DNA of 32,000 nucleotides, taken from positions 1,011,824 through 1,043,823 of the forward strand of contig JAWARJ010000001.1 of assembly GCA_038893495.1 (NCBI GenBank), given 5' to 3'. Below the pieces are notes generated by a model. That model saw only the letters and a list, made by a program, of their open reading frames with translations, was not told where the DNA came from and did not search any database. Source of the stretch: Thermoproteus sp. Lineage in GTDB: Archaea; Thermoproteota; Thermoprotei; Thermoproteales; Thermoproteaceae. The translations under genes were made by a program, and so were the position numbers. Positions 1 through 8,599 of the stretch are shown piece after piece (the first letter of the stretch is position 1; each line of letters opens with the position of its first letter).

Positions 1-791
1 AAGCTATTGCGCCTGGGCACCAACGAGTTGAGCTCGAAGGAGTAGAATACCTTGAGGCCCAGTCTCAACGGCACATATATATTCGCCGTCCTTACAGCCG
101 ACACCACGGCATCTACCTCAAGAGTCCTCTCTTGAAAGCCCTTCTTCCCCAAGTTTACCTTCAGCCGTATCTCGCGGCCATCGCGCTTCTTGACGACAGC
201 GGAGTATATCACCTCTATGCCAAACTTCTCTAAGATGTCCTTCTGCCTTTGGTAGTACTTTACATCACGTAGGTAGGCCGAGTTGTCCGCGACAACGACA
301 TGGTTGCCCCTTCGGGCTAGCGATAAGGCGACTCTGAGGCCCCACTCTGTAGTTCCCCACACCAATAATTTCTTGCCATTTATCTCGCCCGCGAGCGCCT
401 CTGAGGCGAGGACCACGTTGGGAGAGCCGGGCATGGGGAGGTACATCTCGACGCCCCCCGTGTTTAAGACTAGGTGCTTATAGGAGGGCTTGATGCATTT
501 ACTACGCGATATTATCACCTCACCGTCGAAGATACCCCTCTCTGGCTCTAAGGCGTACTTATTGATGTACTCAATAGCGGGCGCTCCCGACGCCGTCAGC
601 TCTCCGTCGAGGGCGTTATGGCCGCCTTTAGGGCCTTCATTAAACACGCCGACCTTAAAGCCGTATTTGGACAGCTCTTGGGCTATCGCCAGTCCGCCAA
701 TCCCAGCGCCGACTACCAATATGTCGTATTTCTCCTCAGAACAAGCGCCCGGCCTCTTGATCTCGCCGCACATCCAAGAATTACAGATCAT
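1..791 (-). CDS. FAD/NAD(P)-dependent pyridine nucleotide-disulfide oxidoreductase family protein (N-terminal part; C-terminus lies beyond the left edge)
   Basis: Absent from the ORF track because it runs off the window. Manual minus-strand translation from the ATG (complement of 789-791) gives MICNSWMCGEIKRPGACSEEKYDILVVGAGIGGLAIAQELSKYGFKVGVFNEG..., open to base 1. VVGAGIGG is a GxGxxG Rossmann motif. A TATA-like TATATTAA (813-820) lies ~25 nt upstream on the minus strand. Confidence 0.7.
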   Translation of the reverse strand, partial: MICNSWMCGEIKRPGACSEEKYDILVVGAGIGGLAIAQELSKYGFKVGVFNEGPKGGHNALDGELTASGAPAIEYINKYALEPERGIFDGEVIISRSKCIKPSYKHLVLNTGGVEMYLPMPGSPNVVLASEALAGEINGKKLLVWGTTEWGLRVALSLARRGNHVVVADNSAYLRDVKYYQRQKDILEKFGIEVIYSAVVKKRDGREIRLKVNLGKKGFQERTLEVDAVVSAVRTANIYVPLRLGLKVFYSFELNSLVPRRNS

Positions 792-820
792 TGCCCCTAC
801 GCGAATATGCCGTTAATATA

Positions 821-1471
821 CTATACGCCTTCGAGCCACCGCCTCAACTCCCCGAGGTCCTTGAAGTTAAGGTCGCCGCGCGTCTTATCGCCAACTATCA
901 CCGTCAAGATCCCCAAGGCCCTGGCGCCCAGATCCACATCGTCGTCGCCAACCATCACCGCCTCTTCAGGCTTGGCGCCAAGCCTCTTCAAGGCGAGGCG
1001 GAACATCAGCCTGTGGGGCTTCCTATATCTAACTATGTCGGAAGTCACCAAGACGTCCACAGAGGCGCCGACCCTCTTCAAGAACTCCTCTATGTAACAC
1101 CTACACGTGATGTTGGAGATTATGGCGGTCTTATACCTACCAGCGGCCCACTTTAAGAACTCAGGCGCGCCGTCTATAGGCGATAGGTGCCTCATCATGG
1201 CGTCGACCAACACCGCGCGTATATCTCGCCAACTCCCTCCCGACAGCGCGGCGATTAGCGCCGCCTGCCCGTCTACAGTTATCTCGGCCCCAGAGGCCTC
1301 CCTGACCGCATTGGCGAGCCTCCTAGCCTCTAGGAAGTACCCTAGGGCCTTCCCAACGTCTACATTCAATACGCGGGAAATGCCGTTAGCGATATCGCTT
1401 AAATAAGAGTCTTCGTCGTCTATTTTGGCGAGAGTGCCGAAGAAGTCTAGAAGCAACGCCTTGATGGCCAT
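821..1471 (-). CDS. HAD-superfamily hydrolase (2-haloacid-dehalogenase-like motif I variant)
   Basis: The track ORF is 821..1540. I trimmed it to the internal ATG at 1471 (MAIKALLLDFFGTL...) because the 23 upstream codons overlap the MMPL gene's 3' end and look non-protein-like. Motif I is DFFGTL (D-x-[YF]-G-T type, lacking the second Asp); motif IV is MVGDDDVD. Confidence 0.75.
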   Translation of the reverse strand: MAIKALLLDFFGTLAKIDDEDSYLSDIANGISRVLNVDVGKALGYFLEARRLANAVREASGAEITVDGQAALIAALSGGSWRDIRAVLVDAMMRHLSPIDGAPEFLKWAAGRYKTAIISNITCRCYIEEFLKRVGASVDVLVTSDIVRYRKPHRLMFRLALKRLGAKPEEAVMVGDDDVDLGARALGILTVIVGDKTRGDLNFKDLGELRRWLEGV

Positions 1472-1512
1472 GTGGCATATATGCCCATTGTTTTTATCAC
1501 TACGGCCGGGGC

Positions 1513-4089
1513 CTAACGTCCGCGGGGCCTGGAGGGCCACCAGTTGTACTTAGCTAGGAGATTCATTATGGCCGGCACTAAGAAAGGCCTCACGATATAG
1601 GCGTCAAAGATTGCCGAAAATGCGACAGTCGCGCCTACTTGTTGGAGGACTGTGAGCTGGGACTGCACTATGGATAGAAAGGCCAGGGCCAGTATGAGCG
1701 CCGCGCCGGTGACTATGGGGCCTGTGGTCACTATGGCGGTCTTTATGGCGGCCCTATCGTCCAATCCTCTCTCTACCTCCTCTCTGATCCTGGTGACTAT
1801 AAATACGTCGTAGTCCGTCCCGACTGCAATCAGCAAACTGGTGAGGACTACCGGCTGGAGCCAGTAGGTGAGCTGGCCCCCTAAGATCTGAAACAATGCG
1901 ATGTTCAACGTGAGCCCCCAAACTAGAGACATCAAGACTGTCGCCACGAGTCTCAACGGCGTCAAGAGGCTCCTAAGCGCCACCATTAAAGTCAATATTA
2001 CAGTTAATAATACTATATATATTTGGAAATTCCAGAAATATAAGTATATATATGTATAATAGACGTGTTTCCAGCCGGCGTCTCCACCTATATACAACAA
2101 GCCGAATTTCCTCAAGGCCGTTAAATTGTTATATACATATAACAATTCATCTGACGTACTTGTTACAGATAACTTTAGTGAAATAATATAATAATTTTCT
2201 CTTGTAAATATAGTATAATTAGTATAGTATGGAAGTTTTGTTATATAGTTTATGACAGTGGAGTTAGGCCTTTGTGTAAAGACTAGATATGTCGTCGAGA
2301 GGGCAGTTACGTTCTTGAAGTAGGTCTGGGCTATATGGAGCGCCTTTTTGCTCTCTATATCTGGCATCGCCGATATGGGATTGGTAGTTATCTTCAAGTG
2401 AGATATAGCGAATAGGGCCAGCGCAAGCGTGGCGACGGTCGCTATCGCTATTATCGTTCTGGACCTCGAAAGGGCGATGTCTACAGCCTTGGCTAAGAAC
2501 TTAGAGCGGCCCTCGTGTAGCCTTATGTCTTCTATCCTTCTGGGCCAAAAAGCCTTGTCGTCTAGGAGGGTCAGCAACGCGGGCGTTGCGGTGAAGGCCG
2601 TCGTTAACACCAACAAGACTGCCAGCGCCAGCGTCAGCCCTATAGTCTGCATGAAGGGCAGTAGCGAAAAGCCGAAGCTACCCAAGGCGAGGCCTGCGAC
2701 TATCGCGCTAGTCAGTATTGCACGCTTGCCGAAACTCAAGACGGTGGAAATCGCCTCGTCGGGCCCCGCCCCTCTATTCCTCTCCTCCGCGTATCTGCCC
2801 AACATCAAGAGGTTGTAGTCCACGCCTAGGGCGAACACTACAGGCGCCGCTATGTAGACCGAAAGGTAGTATGGAGCTATATACGGCGAGATCAAATAGA
2901 CGAGCCCCAGTAGCGCCAGATACGAAAGCCCGACTTCCGCCAAAACCAACAGAGGCGCCACTATCGTGCCGAAGACGAAGAGCAGTATCGCCAACATAAC
3001 TATGGAGGTGGTCTTGTCTATCTCAGGCACTTCTGAAGTCACTATATCCGTAAATTGGGACATAAGCACATCGGTCGACACGGGGACCGCCCAGCTGTAA
3101 TTAAGCCGGGGGGCCCCGCTACCGTTAACTATCACCAATGCGTACTGGTCGCCGTAGAGCAACTGTCTGGCTTGAGTTATTGTGTACATGGTCGGTGGTG
3201 GGTATTCCGTCGTTAAGTTCTGTAGGAGGGCCTCCTTAAACGCGGCGAGGGCCTCGTCGGTCCTATTTACACATAGGATGTAGGGTAGGTAGGGCCTTAG
3301 CTCCGGCGGGAGCTTTGAGGAGAGCTGTAGGAATATGTATTTCTCCACCCCTAGCTCTGTGATGTTTTCGGCGAGACCTATTAGGGACGAATTGAGCCTA
3401 GTGGAGAGAATCCTTTCGGCTATTAGATCTATAGAGCTCTGCGAGGCCCAATTCCTCCATGTTATATTTTGTAGCAACCAACTCAAATTGCCGTATGCCC
3501 TATCTGCGGCTAATCTAATCGCCGTGTCTACGTCGTAGTACCTAGAGTAGTTTCTGTAGTACTCCAAAAAGCGCTCGGTCTGGGGCGTCGATATGTTGAA
3601 TAGGGTGGCTCCATATGTGGCGTATAGGAGCGCCGTCGCGTTGTTACGCGCCGTCTCGTAGGCCTCCTTTAGTTCATCTAGGAGTTTGCACTGAGTATTT
3701 GTAACATTATAAATTCTATTTAAATTATTAAAGAAATAGTTTGTTATATTATTTATTGTATTATTAATTTTATTCCAATATATTTTTTGTGCAGTATATT
3801 GTATAGTGAGTGGCGAAATTATATCATATCCTTCCGAGGACAGCGTTTTGTTCAGCTCGCTTAGTCTGTCCTGTAGGTCGGGACCGTAGACTAATATAAA
3901 TGTTATACTATTATTAGATGTAGATGTATTATTTATTATTTTATTTACTATATTTGGTTTTACATTTTTCGGCATAAGTTTTGATTCTGAATAAACAAGA
4001 ACTCCAAATACTTTGCCCGAATGTATTGCCAGATAGGAGTAGGTAGCCAGCCACAAGGCCAGCAGGGCGTAGGCGAGGAGCTTATTCAC
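1513..4089 (-). CDS. MMPL/RND-superfamily membrane exporter
   Basis: 858-aa ORF with a GTG start. It has an N-terminal TM (LLAYALLALWLATYSYLAI), then a ~330-aa N-X-S/T-rich extracytoplasmic domain, then two multi-TM blocks. Each block carries the MMPL hallmark (GVDYNLLMLGRYAEERNRG; GTDYDVFIVTRIREEVERG). Confidence 0.85.
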   Translation of the reverse strand: MNKLLAYALLALWLATYSYLAIHSGKVFGVLVYSESKLMPKNVKPNIVNKIINNTSTSNNSITFILVYGPDLQDRLSELNKTLSSEGYDIISPLTIQYTAQKIYWNKINNTINNITNYFFNNLNRIYNVTNTQCKLLDELKEAYETARNNATALLYATYGATLFNISTPQTERFLEYYRNYSRYYDVDTAIRLAADRAYGNLSWLLQNITWRNWASQSSIDLIAERILSTRLNSSLIGLAENITELGVEKYIFLQLSSKLPPELRPYLPYILCVNRTDEALAAFKEALLQNLTTEYPPPTMYTITQARQLLYGDQYALVIVNGSGAPRLNYSWAVPVSTDVLMSQFTDIVTSEVPEIDKTTSIVMLAILLFVFGTIVAPLLVLAEVGLSYLALLGLVYLISPYIAPYYLSVYIAAPVVFALGVDYNLLMLGRYAEERNRGAGPDEAISTVLSFGKRAILTSAIVAGLALGSFGFSLLPFMQTIGLTLALAVLLVLTTAFTATPALLTLLDDKAFWPRRIEDIRLHEGRSKFLAKAVDIALSRSRTIIAIATVATLALALFAISHLKITTNPISAMPDIESKKALHIAQTYFKNVTALSTTYLVFTQRPNSTVINYITKLPYYTNYTIFTRENYYIISLKLSVTSTSDELLYVYNNLTALRKFGLLYIGGDAGWKHVYYTYIYLYFWNFQIYIVLLTVILTLMVALRSLLTPLRLVATVLMSLVWGLTLNIALFQILGGQLTYWLQPVVLTSLLIAVGTDYDVFIVTRIREEVERGLDDRAAIKTAIVTTGPIVTGAALILALAFLSIVQSQLTVLQQVGATVAFSAIFDAYIVRPFLVPAIMNLLAKYNWWPSRPRGR

Positions 4090-4095
4090 GAGGCA

Positions 4096-4117
4096 AAAAT
4101 AAGTTAAATAAGTAAAG
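4096..4117. promoter_or_regulatory. Shared AT-rich divergent promoter spacer (MMPL <-> ABC operon)
   Basis: The 34-nt gap contains a tandem AAATAAGT-T-AAATAAGT. It is the only TATA-like sequence available for both divergent genes. Confidence 0.4.
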
Positions 4118-4123
4118 TATGTT

Positions 4124-5260
4124 GTGGCTTACCGCCATATCGCCATGTTGGCGCTCAGCGACTTAAAAGCCAGGAGGACGCGCTATGTGCTTCTGGCCGT
4201 AGTGATAGCCATAGGGGCAGCCTTAATGGTGGCCTTGAGCACCATAAGCGTCGGCGCCAAGATTTATGTACAGGACCAATTATATCAAATATTTCCAGCT
4301 GATATACTTATTTATTCTAACTCTATAGATATACCATATGCATTTATATCTACATTAAGGACATTGCCGTATGTACAAAACGCCGAGCCTGTAGTCATGT
4401 TAACAGGCTCTCTGGGCAATAAGACCGTAACCATATTGGGGGTTCCCCTCAGCGATATCGGCTATTTCGATGTGGAGCTACAAGAGGGGAGGCTACCTCA
4501 CGGCAGTGGCGAAGCCGTCGTGGAGGCTGCTCTCGGCTTACAGCCGGGGCAGACGGCGACCATAGCGGTGTATCAGAGCACCATCGCTCCTCCGACCGAC
4601 CTCAAGGTGACTGTGGTGGGCGTTATGAGCAACTTGTTGAAGGGCTTTATAGGGCCTATGAGCCTCAACCTAGTGGTCGTGCCGCTGGACTGGCTACAAC
4701 AACAATTGGGCCTCGGCGATTTTTACAACATGGTCTTTATAACTCTGAAGGATAAGTCGCTCATACAGCCGTTAGCCCAGGCTCTGAAGGCCAGATTTCC
4801 CCAGGCCGAGGTGTACACCCAACAGAGCGCTCTGTCCACTGTAGACAGGGTGTTCAACATGTTGAATATCTTCTTTTTGGTTATCGAGGTGATAGCGTTT
4901 TTGGCCGGCGCCTTGACTACCTTCACCGTGATGTCGATCACTGTGAGGGAGCGTATGGGGGAGGTGGCGTTGTTGAAGGCGACCGGCATTTCGGGTAGAG
5001 ATATAGCGCTGACCTTCATGTTGGAGGTATTAGTAGTGGGGCTCGTGGGCGGGATCGTCGGCGGCGTGGCCGGCTATTTCGGCGCCATAGGCGTCAAGTA
5101 TTTGTTGATAAAAGCGGGCTATTCCTTCGATGTGCCAATACCCTTCATGCCGTCCTTCTTTGCGCTCGGCGTAGTCCTCTCGTTGTTGGTAGCTCTGGCC
5201 GGCGCCTTGATGCCCATATATAGGGCCGTGTCGTTAAGGCCTCTTGAAATATTGAGATGA
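4124..5260 (+). CDS. ABC transporter permease, FtsX/MacB type
   Basis: 378 aa. TM1 (YVLLAVVIAIGAALMVALSTISV), a ~200-aa extracytoplasmic domain, then three C-terminal TMs (4-TM MacB/LolC/FtsX topology; VRERMGEVALLKATGISGRDI loop). The start is ambiguous: GTG 4124 or ATG 4145 (MLALSDLKARRTRY). It overlaps the downstream ATPase gene by 4 nt. Confidence 0.85.
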   Translation: MAYRHIAMLALSDLKARRTRYVLLAVVIAIGAALMVALSTISVGAKIYVQDQLYQIFPADILIYSNSIDIPYAFISTLRTLPYVQNAEPVVMLTGSLGNKTVTILGVPLSDIGYFDVELQEGRLPHGSGEAVVEAALGLQPGQTATIAVYQSTIAPPTDLKVTVVGVMSNLLKGFIGPMSLNLVVVPLDWLQQQLGLGDFYNMVFITLKDKSLIQPLAQALKARFPQAEVYTQQSALSTVDRVFNMLNIFFLVIEVIAFLAGALTTFTVMSITVRERMGEVALLKATGISGRDIALTFMLEVLVVGLVGGIVGGVAGYFGAIGVKYLLIKAGYSFDVPIPFMPSFFALGVVLSLLVALAGALMPIYRAVSLRPLEILR

Positions 5261-6021
5261 CCGACGCGGTATATCTAGAAAACGTACATAAGGTCTATCG
5301 GACCGCCGCAGGCGAGGTGCATGCGTTGAGGGGAGTTACTCTGAGGATACCTAAAGGCGCCATGGTGGCGTTCATGGGCCCCTCTGGGTCAGGCAAGACG
5401 ACGCTTTTGAATATCATATCGTCTCTCGACAAGCCCACCAGCGGGAAGGTGATAGTACTCGATACGGATGTGACGAAACTAGACGAAAAGAGCCTCGAGA
5501 GGTTCAGACTGCACAAAATAGGGTATTTATTCCAGTCGTACAACTTAGTGCCCTACCTCACGGCCTTGCAGAACGTCGAACTGCCTATGTTGGCCGCCGG
5601 TATGCCTAGAGATCTAGCTAAAGCTAAGGCCAAGTTGTTGTTGAGGCTGGTGGGCCTCGAGGACTCAGCCGACAGGCTCCCCATACAGCTGTCCGGCGGC
5701 ATGCAACAACGCGTAGCTCTGGCCCGCGCGCTCGCCAACAGCCCCGAGCTTTTAATACTAGACGAGCCTACCTCCAATATAGACCTAGACAATGCCTCTA
5801 TTATACTCAGCTTAATTCTGGCTCTCAATAAGATTTGGGGGAGCACAGTGCTGATAGCCACACACGACCCTGACGTGGCGGCCGTAGCGGACAAGGTCTA
5901 TACGGTCAGAGGGGGCTACGTGACGGACGGCGGCGTGCCTAAAGGCGAGATAAAAATCGATGTGGACAAGGCGAAAGAGATTTATGAAAAGATTAGGGCT
6001 ATAGATTCGGCATGGCAATAA
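5257..6021 (+). CDS. ABC transporter ATP-binding protein (MacB/LolD-like)
   Basis: Walker A GPSGSGKTT, signature LSGGMQQR, Walker B LLILDEPT, H-loop IATHD. Confidence 0.95.
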   Translation: MTDAVYLENVHKVYRTAAGEVHALRGVTLRIPKGAMVAFMGPSGSGKTTLLNIISSLDKPTSGKVIVLDTDVTKLDEKSLERFRLHKIGYLFQSYNLVPYLTALQNVELPMLAAGMPRDLAKAKAKLLLRLVGLEDSADRLPIQLSGGMQQRVALARALANSPELLILDEPTSNIDLDNASIILSLILALNKIWGSTVLIATHDPDVAAVADKVYTVRGGYVTDGGVPKGEIKIDVDKAKEIYEKIRAIDSAWQ

Positions 6022-7853
6022 GGGCAGTAATTTTGACGCTACTAATCGCGGCGTTGGCGTGGACCGCCGAGCCCACTCTGCTTATTTCATCTACGGCGTC
6101 CTATAGCGGCTCTATTTCTACTACATATCAATATATGTACTTCGTTGTGAATAATTCATCCAAGCCTCTAGAGTTTTTTGGACATATAGTGCCGCCCTAC
6201 GGAGCAAGTCTCATTTATGTGCCCGTCAACGGATCATATCCCCCTCCAATTGCTATATTCTACAATATAACCTATATTAATTCATCATTAATAAATAATA
6301 TATTGTACTGTAATAATAACTCTATTATAACAATTGATATAAAAATAAAAAATTATATGCCCTTCGAAGTCCCCGTAACTATATTAATCCAAAAGACGTC
6401 TGGCATAGACTTTATCAGCAACACTACGCCGTCGGGAATAGAATCCCTAGGGGGCTCTACGATATACCAATGGACCTTCCTCGTCGCGGACAGCCGCACG
6501 TTTTCGGTGTCCTATAGGATAAGAAATTTCGGCGATTTCGGCGCGGTCAGCCTGCCGCCTGTGGAGATCATATCCACTATAGATCTATCTGGCTATATCG
6601 ACCAGACAGAACAATCTATTGCTTTATTAAATAATACTTATAACTATCTGAATAATTTAACATATGCAGTAAATATATTCAATAATGTAGTATATAACAC
6701 TACAAATAATCTTGATAACCTAGTAAGGCTGTTAAATTTGAGCTCCACGGCATTTAGGGAGGGCGTCAGGGGGCTTAACGCCTCGCAGTATGTAATATAT
6801 GCGTTAAACGCCCAGCTGTCGGCGATGGCCTCCTCGTTAATGGGAGTAGCGTCTACTCTAAATAGAAGCCTCCTATTAGTCCAGTACGAATACGCCTATT
6901 TAGTGACTCTATCCAACGCTCTGGCGGCCCAGGCGACGGCCATAAACGCCTATGAGAATTCGCTCTCGACGACAGTAGCGACGCTTAACTCCATAGAGGG
7001 CAACCTCGCAACTATTTATTCTTCCCTACAAAATATAGAAAATTCTATCAATTCAATTTATTTAAATCTTTTATATCTAAAACAAAAAATTAATCAGATA
7101 AAATCTAATAATACATTAATTGAAAACGCTACTGAGGGACTAAACAGGCAACTAGATTACGCCATAGCGGTGGTACAGAGCGCCCAGTCGACTATAAGCT
7201 CGGCGGAGGCCTCCGTAGGAGCATTGATGAATATAGTCTCCAACACGAAAAACGCGCTTATAAAGATAGGCGGCCAGTTGGGAGAGGTCGAGGGCGTCCT
7301 CAACCAGACGGCCATAGCAACTAAACAGAACGCCACCGCCATGCTCGAAGAACTGCCGCCTGTGATACTTAACGCGTCGAAGGCCTTGACGTATATAGCC
7401 AATAATCTCACCTTGACGGCGAGCCAAGTGGGCCAGATGGCAGGCCCTATAAACAGCGGCGTCAAATACTTAACGTCGGCGGCATCTATGTTGTCGTATA
7501 CGGCCGACGAGATAGAGGCCGTCTCTAGCGCCATGAAGGGCGAACTGCCCTATATAGGTCTAGTAGATTCAATTGTTTCTAATTATAGATATAATATCAC
7601 AAAATCTATCCAAAGGTCTCAATATTTTATTTCTATAGCAAATACCTATAAAAATATATATGGAACTGGCTCTATTAGATATAGTATGACTATAAGCCTT
7701 CCCACAGCCGTAAACCCATCAAAGTTTATGTTTAATATAACCACGCCGGCCGCATCTCAGGGGAGCGGAGGCAATATAAATTCTATATATTTTCTATTAA
7801 TAATTATAATTGGTATATTAGCTACAATTTCTATTATATTGAAAATTAAATAA
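6012..7853 (+). CDS. Secreted, C-terminally membrane-anchored, N-glycosylation-sequon-rich helical-repeat surface protein (function unknown)
   Basis: 613 aa with an N-terminal signal-like segment (AVILTLLIAALAWTA) and a C-terminal TM (IYFLLIIIIGILATISIILKIK). I hand-counted about 20 N-X-S/T sequons. The central region is a long N/Q/S/A/L-rich helical segment. The start overlaps the ATPase stop by 10 nt, suggesting translational coupling. Confidence 0.75.
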   Translation: MAIRAVILTLLIAALAWTAEPTLLISSTASYSGSISTTYQYMYFVVNNSSKPLEFFGHIVPPYGASLIYVPVNGSYPPPIAIFYNITYINSSLINNILYCNNNSIITIDIKIKNYMPFEVPVTILIQKTSGIDFISNTTPSGIESLGGSTIYQWTFLVADSRTFSVSYRIRNFGDFGAVSLPPVEIISTIDLSGYIDQTEQSIALLNNTYNYLNNLTYAVNIFNNVVYNTTNNLDNLVRLLNLSSTAFREGVRGLNASQYVIYALNAQLSAMASSLMGVASTLNRSLLLVQYEYAYLVTLSNALAAQATAINAYENSLSTTVATLNSIEGNLATIYSSLQNIENSINSIYLNLLYLKQKINQIKSNNTLIENATEGLNRQLDYAIAVVQSAQSTISSAEASVGALMNIVSNTKNALIKIGGQLGEVEGVLNQTAIATKQNATAMLEELPPVILNASKALTYIANNLTLTASQVGQMAGPINSGVKYLTSAASMLSYTADEIEAVSSAMKGELPYIGLVDSIVSNYRYNITKSIQRSQYFISIANTYKNIYGTGSIRYSMTISLPTAVNPSKFMFNITTPAASQGSGGNINSIYFLLIIIIGILATISIILKIK

Positions 7854-7854
7854 T

Positions 7855-8037
7855 TCATTTAGTTTTAATTGTAATGTATTTAGCATAAATTGAGCAACCA
7901 GAGCCGCCGTTATTGCAGTACTTCTCCAACTGGCCTCTACTCGCCCTCCACTCTTCCGGCGGCATCAAGATGCACCTCACGCCGTCGGCTGTAGGTCTGT
8001 ACATGGGGCAACGCATGGCTATATATAATGGGGGCAA
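7855..8037 (-). CDS. Small Cys-containing hypothetical protein (uncertain)
   Basis: 60-aa ORF with a TTG start; an alternative ATG at 8016 gives MRCPMYRPTADGVRC...KYCNNGGSGC. It has four Cys and fills an otherwise empty 194-nt gap. There is no recognisable family and no clear promoter. Confidence 0.3.
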   Translation of the reverse strand: MPPLYIAMRCPMYRPTADGVRCILMPPEEWRASRGQLEKYCNNGGSGCSIYAKYITIKTK

Positions 8038-8047
8038 TTAAAGCTTC

Positions 8048-8599
8048 GTGGACGAGTGCGAAAAGGTAAATGAGCACATAGCGGATAGGGGCTTTAAGGT
8101 GGTCGAGAGGAGACGCGACTTCTTATACGCGGCGCTGGGCGGCCTGTACGTATCCTTTTGGTGTCCCGAGAGGAGCCACATATTCGACGTAGATCCCCTG
8201 GAGCTTGCGGAGGGCTTAAAGCTGTCCGCCAGCGATGTGCTAATAGTAGTCGCCTATAGGCCGTATCTGATAATAGACGAACTCCAGAGCGTTGTAGATA
8301 GGATACATAGATGGTATGGGAGGGACTTCGGCGTGAAAATCATAGGCGTTAACGCCTCCGACCTAGAGGCTGGGCTGGAGGAGGCGGTGGGCCACGCCAT
8401 GGCCTATAGGCCTTTCAAGATAGGGCAGGGCGTCGAGACGGGCGAGTTGTGTCCCAACTGTACGAAGTCGCCCCTGAGGATTTACGTCTCCGAGAGGCTC
8501 TTCTCGGCTAAATACAAGTCTATGGTGAGCCACCTGATATTCGCCTGCCCCTCCTGCGGCTTGAGGATCAGGAGAGTTGAAATGCTCAGCCAAATATAG
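8048..8599 (+). CDS. Hypothetical protein with C-terminal zinc ribbon
   Basis: 183 aa with a GTG start ~20-29 nt downstream of the TATA-like CTATATATAAT (8019-8029). The C-terminus has CPNC...CPSC (a four-Cys ribbon). Codon usage looks like the neighbouring genes. Confidence 0.6.
   Translation: MDECEKVNEHIADRGFKVVERRRDFLYAALGGLYVSFWCPERSHIFDVDPLELAEGLKLSASDVLIVVAYRPYLIIDELQSVVDRIHRWYGRDFGVKIIGVNASDLEAGLEEAVGHAMAYRPFKIGQGVETGELCPNCTKSPLRIYVSERLFSAKYKSMVSHLIFACPSCGLRIRRVEMLSQI

Noticed and set aside
1192-1198. C-box-like heptamers inside coding sequence: minus-strand AUGAUGA at 1192-1198 and 6282-6288; UUGAUGA at about 7234, 18213 and 18458
   Set aside because: All lie within confident CDSs. 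None has a CUGA D box at a suitable distance (the 1192 case has CUGA only 27 nt away), so chance occurrence is expected at this frequency.
283-1406. Plus-strand ORFs 283..483, 490..816, 618..1097, 791..1156 and 1107..1406
   Set aside because: They are antisense to the minus-strand oxidoreductase (GxGxxG motif) and HAD hydrolase genes. Their products are Pro/Ser/Arg-rich shadow-frame sequences.
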